Source of the DNA: an uncultured virus (IMG/VR IMGVR_UViG_3300027798_000036)
Taxonomy: Duplodnaviria; Heunggongvirae; Uroviricota; Caudoviricetes
Strand: one strand, 5' to 3'
Virus record (IMG/VR): IMGVR_UViG_3300027798_000036
Length of the DNA stretch: 64,000 nt
The position numbers and the translations under genes were made by a program. A model generated the notes under the pieces. It was given only the letters and a program-made list of their open reading frames with translations, ran no database searches and was not told the origin of the DNA. This document shows, piece by piece, positions 57,984 through 64,000 of the stretch; the stretch's first letter is position 1, and each line of letters opens with the position of its first letter.

Positions 57984-59663
57984 TTAGAAATCCAAATCAA
58001 ACATCAGAATATTTTGTAAATATTCTTCATTGGTTATTTCTGAATTGTCATTTGTGTCTGTAATACCATCCTGTAGTATTCTATATTCACTCATAGAATT
58101 TTTAACCACATTATATTTGATGGTTTCTGTTTGTGTTGTTTTTGTCATTTTGAAATCTTCAAACTTAAAATGTTTGACAGCCAACATAACTTGATTATCA
58201 AGTTCTTCAAGTGCGAAGTTCCATTTGGAATCCAAATTTTTATTAAACCTTCCAAGACTTTGTTTTCTTTCAAATTTTGAATTAGAGTAATTCCATCGGT
58301 ATTCAATAGTTGCTCTTTCTTTTGATTCAGAACTACCTTCCCTTAACGATATAATAAAACAGTGTATGTTTTTATGATAAGTTTTAACACAATTTGATTG
58401 ATATTCTGATTCGTCAAAATATTCGTATTGTTTTGTAAACAAAATTGGATAATATACACCACCTTGAGGTGTGGCTATTTCTTTACCTATACCATCGAAG
58501 AATCGTTGTGAGTATATTCTATTCCATTCACCATCTTTATGAAGAGATATTTTATTTGAAAATTCTATGTGTTCAACTGTAAACTCATTATTAGTTTTAC
58601 TTTTCCATACAACATCTTCATTATATCGTAATTTCAATGTAAGATAAAATTTAATGTGGTCCATAAAGGTATAGACACTACCACCATTCATAATAGAATT
58701 AACAAGACATGTATAAAGATTAATTCTTTCTTTATTAGTAATGTGTTTGTTTAAAAGTCTGGTATAATTTCTTACATCAAAATAATCTTTGTACTGAAAC
58801 AATTCTAAAATTTCATTATCAGGTCGTGATTTAAGATATTTTGGTGGAACAATATTTTGAACAAAATTAATAACATTTGAATTAATAGTATTCACCAAAT
58901 GTAAAACACGATGGAATTTTTTACCACTTAAATCATATTTTTTTTCCGCAGCCTCAATCAAGTTAAAATGTGATTTTCTTAACTGTTTCATTGTCATACT
59001 TTCCCCATTGTTAAAAAATGCCAAATAATTGTTGGGTACTACAACATTGTGTAATGTAAGATAGTTTGTTATAAGTAAGTTGTTGGGACTAAATTTTCCA
59101 TCTTTAGTTATGTCAATGTCATGACCAAAAACTTTATTAAAAAAAGTACTGGAATAATTTATAAATAACCTTTCACCATCATCAGGGAAATGTGTCTTAC
59201 ATAGGGCAGATAATCTACTAAAAAAATCAGTAATCATACCATTCCAAGCGTTAGACCTGACATATGATTGATTACCCTTGTTGTATTTTGTACCAACATA
59301 TACAATTTTAGTTTTTTTATTAAAAGTTAAGAACTCAACTCTTTTATTGGTAACAAAATAATGTTTCCCTTCATTTCTATACTTCACATAGTAATACGCC
59401 TTTAAACTTACTTTATCTTCACTATCTTCTAATACTAATGTAACTCTATTAAGATGAATATGCCATAACTTATTTCCATAGTTCTCTAAATAAGTTTCTT
59501 TTTCAATTGTATTTACACGACCATCAGGTCTAAAAAAATAACGTTTTTTCTTACCATCACGATTCATACTCTGAGCCAATTCAAAATCTCTTTGTATATC
59601 ACAATGGTCATGGAATTTTCTACCATGAAATTCTTCAAACACATTTTTTAATAGTGGTTCCAT
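57984..59663 (-). CDS. PcfJ-like domain protein
   Basis: C-terminal ESEYQSNCVKTY...IISLR...ATIEY...QSLGRFN. Confidence 0.75.
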   Translation of the reverse strand: MEPLLKNVFEEFHGRKFHDHCDIQRDFELAQSMNRDGKKKRYFFRPDGRVNTIEKETYLENYGNKLWHIHLNRVTLVLEDSEDKVSLKAYYYVKYRNEGKHYFVTNKRVEFLTFNKKTKIVYVGTKYNKGNQSYVRSNAWNGMITDFFSRLSALCKTHFPDDGERLFINYSSTFFNKVFGHDIDITKDGKFSPNNLLITNYLTLHNVVVPNNYLAFFNNGESMTMKQLRKSHFNLIEAAEKKYDLSGKKFHRVLHLVNTINSNVINFVQNIVPPKYLKSRPDNEILELFQYKDYFDVRNYTRLLNKHITNKERINLYTCLVNSIMNGGSVYTFMDHIKFYLTLKLRYNEDVVWKSKTNNEFTVEHIEFSNKISLHKDGEWNRIYSQRFFDGIGKEIATPQGGVYYPILFTKQYEYFDESEYQSNCVKTYHKNIHCFIISLREGSSESKERATIEYRWNYSNSKFERKQSLGRFNKNLDSKWNFALEELDNQVMLAVKHFKFEDFKMTKTTQTETIKYNVVKNSMSEYRILQDGITDTNDNSEITNEEYLQNILMFDLDF

Positions 59664-59685
59664 ATTCACAAAGATAATAAAAAAA

Positions 59686-59970
59686 TTAGTTTAAACCAAC
59701 CAAACCAAAGCCAGTTTCCATAAATGGTGACTTTTTTACTTTAACATCAATTTTGTGTGTTTCATTGAATAATTCAAAAATTAAATCCACCATTTCTTTT
59801 CGGGTCAATTCAACTTCATCACCCTTGTCAGCATGTTCATAAACCTTGACTTTAATCTTGTCATAGAATTTGTCTTTGCTCATTTCACCAATCAATATTT
59901 TTAATTGGTCAGGATTGACATCAAAGAAATGAAAAATTTGTTTTAAATAGATTTCAACATCTACATTCAT
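59686..59970 (-). CDS. hypothetical protein
   Basis: ORF in an operon. Confidence 0.7.
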   Translation of the reverse strand: MNVDVEIYLKQIFHFFDVNPDQLKILIGEMSKDKFYDKIKVKVYEHADKGDEVELTRKEMVDLIFELFNETHKIDVKVKKSPFMETGFGLVGLN

Positions 59971-59975
59971 AAACA

Positions 59976-61352
59976 TTAATTTTGAACGAACCAAACATCA
60001 CCACCATTTTCAACAAAACGTTGTTGAAGTCTTTCAGGTATTTTCAAATCGGAGTTACTTCCTTTAACAGACAACGCAATCAAATTTGGAAGGTCAGCAA
60101 TCCATTCAGGAAGTTCTTTCAAATTAGGGTTGTTTGGAAGTGATAAGAACTCAAGGTTCTTAAGGTCTTTCAATTCATCAGGAACTTTACTCAAACCGTT
60201 TTCAACGTAGAACGTTTGAAGGTTTTTCAAGTTAGCCAACTCTTTAGGGAATAATAAATCCAAAGACTCTCTTGAAGTGTTTGTGAAATCTATTCTTTCA
60301 GTTTGTGGGTCAATGTTCTTGAATAATTCATCCCAACCATACAAGGCAACATACTTAGATGAAGCATCTCTTGGGTAATCAATAACCAATTCTTTACCTG
60401 ACTTGGCGTCTTTAGATAAACCTTTTACAAATTCAGGTTTGAAGTAATTTTTCAACTCTTTCATTGGTCCGTTCAATAATTGAACCAAATCTTGTTGACG
60501 GTCATGAACATCCATAAACTGATTAGATGGGAAGTGGAACTGATATCTTTCAGCAGGAAGACCAGATACATCACCACGTTTTCCTTCAGTAGTATTAGGA
60601 ATAATAACATATAAAGGACCATCTTTAATGTAACGGTCAAACCAACTTAAACCAGGTGCTGATGTACACCATCTTGTTTCACCTTTACTTGGTTCCAACT
60701 GGTTACCACCATAGAAACAAGCCGCGTCTTTACCCAACTGACCTTTGTCTTCAACTTTAGCAATTGTCCATTCAGGTCCACGGAATACAATCTCTCCACC
60801 TGGATGCTCATAAGTTTGAGAAGCAATTTTCTTTTCCTCCTTTGATGCTTTGGTTTTTTCCATTGAGAAATCTTTAACCAAATCGTAAAGTTTTTCAGGT
60901 GTTAATTTATTAATATCTCTTAATTCTGAAGGTATTTTACCCTTATGTCTGTCGAACTTTTGTAAGTCACCAGTAATTTTATAAAGGTCTTCCATGAATT
61001 GAGATTTCATCATTTTTGCAGCATTTGCAGCCACTTTATCTGATAAATCAAGGAATTGACCTTCCTCATCTTTTGGACGTTGGTTAAGGTAAGTTTTGAT
61101 TATCCATTGAGCGTATGGTCCAACTTTTTTAACAACAGAAAAGTCACCACTAAAACTGTCTACATCAACACCTTCAGTAACTTTTGTCTGTGGGTCAGCT
61201 ATAACCAACGCAAATAACTCCTGAGGAGTTAACAAAGGTTTCTTACCCTTTTCGGCTTTAGTAAGCTTGTCCGCCAAGACATCCATTCTTGACTGTTCAA
61301 CAATAACCCTTCTTAATAAATCTTGAAATCTCATTTCGGTATCTTTTGTCAT
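59976..61352 (-). CDS. protein with 'YG..WCT' domain and C-terminal leucine-rich repeats (start 61352 or 61334)
   Basis: AACFYGG...TRWCTS; LxxLPxxxxxLxNLxxLxL repeats. Confidence 0.8.
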   Translation of the reverse strand: MTKDTEMRFQDLLRRVIVEQSRMDVLADKLTKAEKGKKPLLTPQELFALVIADPQTKVTEGVDVDSFSGDFSVVKKVGPYAQWIIKTYLNQRPKDEEGQFLDLSDKVAANAAKMMKSQFMEDLYKITGDLQKFDRHKGKIPSELRDINKLTPEKLYDLVKDFSMEKTKASKEEKKIASQTYEHPGGEIVFRGPEWTIAKVEDKGQLGKDAACFYGGNQLEPSKGETRWCTSAPGLSWFDRYIKDGPLYVIIPNTTEGKRGDVSGLPAERYQFHFPSNQFMDVHDRQQDLVQLLNGPMKELKNYFKPEFVKGLSKDAKSGKELVIDYPRDASSKYVALYGWDELFKNIDPQTERIDFTNTSRESLDLLFPKELANLKNLQTFYVENGLSKVPDELKDLKNLEFLSLPNNPNLKELPEWIADLPNLIALSVKGSNSDLKIPERLQQRFVENGGDVWFVQN

Positions 61353-61378
61353 ATAAATATCTATAAATTGTGGTTTTT

Positions 61379-62218
61379 TTAATAATTCATTATTAAAAGT
61401 TCTTGACCCATGTTCTGTGTCTTACCTTTGGTCGCTGAAGCCGCCTTAGCGAACTCCTTCATTTCCCATTTGTAAGTTTCTTTTGGATACCACAAAGATA
61501 GTAAATCAAAGTCATAATATGACAAAGAAAATTTTCCACTTATTGATGTTAACTTGTCAGCAAGTCTTTTGTGGTCGTCCACATCAAAGTCGTGATTAGA
61601 ATAATAGTTCTCTGTTTTCCAATATGGAGGGTCAACATAGAAGTATGTTGTAGGACTATCAAACTCATCAATTACATTACCAAAGTCCCCCAACCTGAAA
61701 TGTGATATTCTATTGAAATGTTCAACCCAATCAGGTTTTGATAACTTATCCCTGAACGTCAAGAACTTTGATTTGTACTTACCCTTAAGGTCAATGAACC
61801 CTGATGTTTCAGGTCGTGAACCACTGAAGATTGATGTAAGAATGTAAGCATACTTGGCTGCCACATCATAGTCAGGATAGTTAATCGTAAACCCCGTAGC
61901 AAACAACTCTTTCTGAAACAAATTAAATTGTTCTTTATAGATACTCGGAGTGTCCTCAACACCCCTTTCCTGACATGGAATACTATTCACTGCGTTTAAT
62001 AGAACTGAAGGGTTCTGAAGACACAAGAATAGGTTGTAATTCAATGGATTGAAGTCATTGTATACCACTCGTTTAAGATTTGGGTATTTACTCAAATCCA
62101 TATTGAAGAAACACCAAAACATTCCACCGAATGTTTCAACATATGTTTCCATATCGGTTGGATAGTAATCCTTAATCCACTTACCGATTTTTGATTTTCC
62201 GCCTATGTAACTTAACAT
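61379..62218 (-). CDS. D12/Dam-class DNA adenine methyltransferase
   Basis: YIGGKS, YVETFGG, YNDFN and DPPY; specificity unknown. Confidence 0.9.
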   Translation of the reverse strand: MLSYIGGKSKIGKWIKDYYPTDMETYVETFGGMFWCFFNMDLSKYPNLKRVVYNDFNPLNYNLFLCLQNPSVLLNAVNSIPCQERGVEDTPSIYKEQFNLFQKELFATGFTINYPDYDVAAKYAYILTSIFSGSRPETSGFIDLKGKYKSKFLTFRDKLSKPDWVEHFNRISHFRLGDFGNVIDEFDSPTTYFYVDPPYWKTENYYSNHDFDVDDHKRLADKLTSISGKFSLSYYDFDLLSLWYPKETYKWEMKEFAKAASATKGKTQNMGQELLIMNY

Positions 62219-62291
62219 ACAACAAATATAAGAAAGTTTTACCTAAAAAGCAAATGTTTACAAGAAATATTTATTGTAATATATTAGAACT

Positions 62292-62423
62292 ATGGGATGT
62301 CAAACTTGTAAAGAAAAAGGTGAAAGTAAAATTAACTGGATGGTAGTACTTGCCGTTGAGGTATTAATTGTGTCAGTTTATGGACACGTTAAATTATTTG
62401 AGGTTCTTTCTACCCTCTTTTAA
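62292..62423 (+). CDS. 43-aa MGCQTCK membrane peptide
   Basis: CxxC plus hydrophobic segment; TATTTAT upstream; absent from the ORF track. Confidence 0.6.
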   Translation: MGCQTCKEKGESKINWMVVLAVEVLIVSVYGHVKLFEVLSTLF

Positions 62424-63354
62424 ATTTAACAATATTTTTCACATACATATCCCCAACTCTTTCTCTTCTAAAACCTTTTCCTCTAACCCTCATTGGTGTT
62501 GATGTATCAAACACTTCAGGGTATTTGATTGATATTTTTCCGTCAGGGTGTGGTATTTCAATACTTTCTTTTTGTAACCCTTCAAAATCAACAATATTAA
62601 TATAAATCAAATCATCACCAAGTTTCTCCCAATCGGGATGTTTAACCATATTGACTTTTATTAATAAGTTTCCGTAATTTCCATTATGGAAATCACCAGC
62701 GTTTTCCATTCTATAATATTCACCATCATCTATTCCGTGATTTAGATTAATTTTAAGATTTTTAAATTCACCTACTGTTGACCTTCCTCCACACTGAAAA
62801 CAAGCTTTAATTAACATGGTACCTTTACCTTGACATATGGGACAAACATTCCTAATGACTTGTGTAAATAAACCATTTCCAACCTGTTGTACAATCTGAC
62901 CAGTACCACGACAATTGGTACACGTGGTGCGGTCACCACCAGTTCCATTACAAGGTTGACACCCAATCTCTCGTCTGTAGTTTATTTCTTTCTCAGAACC
63001 CAAATAAGACTCAATTGGTGTAACATCAATTGATATGATTTTTTCAGGTGCTTTAGGTTTTCTTTGTTGTCCCTCAAAAGGATTTCCATTGAAACCCATT
63101 TGACTTAAGAAGTCTTCAAATCCCATTCCACCAGGTCCACCAGTACCAAACATGCTTGACATAGGGTTATCATACTTTTGTTTTTTGTCAGGACTACTTA
63201 AGGTATCGTAAGCCTCAGCAATCTCTTTAAACTTTTCCTCACCATCAGGGTTTACATCTGGATGAAATTGTTTACTTAATTTCCTATATGCTTTTTTGAT
63301 TTCGTCAGGGGATGCATTTTTATCAACACCTAATATACCGTAATAATCTTTCAT
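62410..63354 (-). CDS. dnaJ: DnaJ chaperone
   Basis: J domain with HPD, G/F region, CxxCxGxG repeats and C-terminal domain. Confidence 0.95.
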   Translation of the reverse strand: MKDYYGILGVDKNASPDEIKKAYRKLSKQFHPDVNPDGEEKFKEIAEAYDTLSSPDKKQKYDNPMSSMFGTGGPGGMGFEDFLSQMGFNGNPFEGQQRKPKAPEKIISIDVTPIESYLGSEKEINYRREIGCQPCNGTGGDRTTCTNCRGTGQIVQQVGNGLFTQVIRNVCPICQGKGTMLIKACFQCGGRSTVGEFKNLKINLNHGIDDGEYYRMENAGDFHNGNYGNLLIKVNMVKHPDWEKLGDDLIYINIVDFEGLQKESIEIPHPDGKISIKYPEVFDTSTPMRVRGKGFRRERVGDMYVKNIVKFKRG

Positions 63355-64000
63355 GAACTACCTTGTTGTTTTGTTTAAAAATAAGTCAAAGAAAAGGATA
63401 ATCAATAAATTTATGACTTCCAAAAAAGCGTCTGACTTTTATAAAAATTTATTGGATGAAAACGAAGATATAATCTTTGATACCAAAACACAAAATGGTA
63501 GTCCAGTTAAGTACGAATTGGCTCTCCTTGAAAAGAAAGGTAATCAACTATTTCCTATATACACCAAAGATGAATACGGTAGAAATGTTAAATTGGAATT
63601 TGATAATGATGAATATAACATCATTAAAATATCAGAATACAGGGAACCTGAACTCATTCACGATTACCAAACAAAAAACAAAATTAATGTTAATACGTTC
63701 TTAAGTAAGTATTTGTCTAAACAAGGTGTTAAGATGGTATCTAAATTGAATAACAAGATTATTGTTCAGAATGAAGAGGACATTAATTTGTTTGTTCTTA
63801 AATCTGATAATGACGCATTAAGATTCATTGAAAGTTTAACTGAAAGATTTGTTAAATTAAAAAGGGGTGACTGTATGTTTGTAAATGACTCATCAGGACC
63901 TCAAAAGAAATATTTGTATAATTTACTTGAAGAAAAAGGTTTCAATAAAGATTTCCTTTATAGAAAGGAAACCACTTATTCTGTGGGTTCTTCCAATTTA
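63353..64000 (+). CDS. hypothetical protein, truncated by the window end ([20 protein letters not shown]...)
   Basis: 216 codons open to the window edge; absent from the ORF track. Confidence 0.75.
   Translation, partial: MNYLVVLFKNKSKKRIINKFMTSKKASDFYKNLLDENEDIIFDTKTQNGSPVKYELALLEKKGNQLFPIYTKDEYGRNVKLEFDNDEYNIIKISEYREPELIHDYQTKNKINVNTFLSKYLSKQGVKMVSKLNNKIIVQNEEDINLFVLKSDNDALRFIESLTERFVKLKRGDCMFVNDSSGPQKKYLYNLLEEKGFNKDFLYRKETTYSVGSSNL

Noticed and set aside
61379..62218. Calling the D12-class methyltransferase dam (GATC-specific)
   Set aside because: Target specificity cannot be read from the motifs, so the gene symbol is withheld.
527..63704. Many 60-140-aa ORFs antisense to or nested in longer genes (e.g. 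7163-7468, 9942-10358, 18933-19283, 39528-39887, 46455-46802)
   Set aside because: Shadow ORFs with no promoter motif and implausible composition, overlapping better-supported genes.
1..64000. Alternative genetic code (stop-codon reassignment, as in some large phages)
   Set aside because: Conserved enzymes are full length under code 11, and TAA, TAG and TGA all occur at plausible gene ends.

Overview
AT-rich, gene-dense segment that reads as part of a very large (jumbo/huge) bacteriophage genome with a Bacteroidota host. This is an inference: no capsid, terminase or portal gene lies in the window. It rests on mostly short unknown ORFs, T4-like RNA ligases, three DNA methyltransferases, lysins, isolated host-type metabolic genes (nuoB, ppsA, rmlC, type II glutamine synthetase, dnaJ, thioredoxin) and Bacteroidota TAnnTTTG promoters. 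Main observations: (1) about 24 otherwise unrelated proteins share a few interchangeable, Glu-ending N-terminal leaders (MKIIITESQ, MNLQENIxRIKEMMG, MKxLIxxxLxE), and their genes or operons follow a TATTTAT motif, suggesting a late-expressed capsid-targeting/cargo system. (2) Two promoter classes both sit about 4-6 nt before ATG, implying largely leaderless mRNAs. (3) An ~800-nt structured, GOLLD-like ncRNA has its own promoter, boxA and terminator. (4) Three phage-borne type IX secretion substrates are present. (5) An array of short genes joined by repeated DNA junctions lies between two of them. (6) A cluster of DnaA boxes in G/C-run-rich DNA is a candidate origin. Many start codons were moved relative to the ORF track; all family calls are from motif recognition, not database searches.
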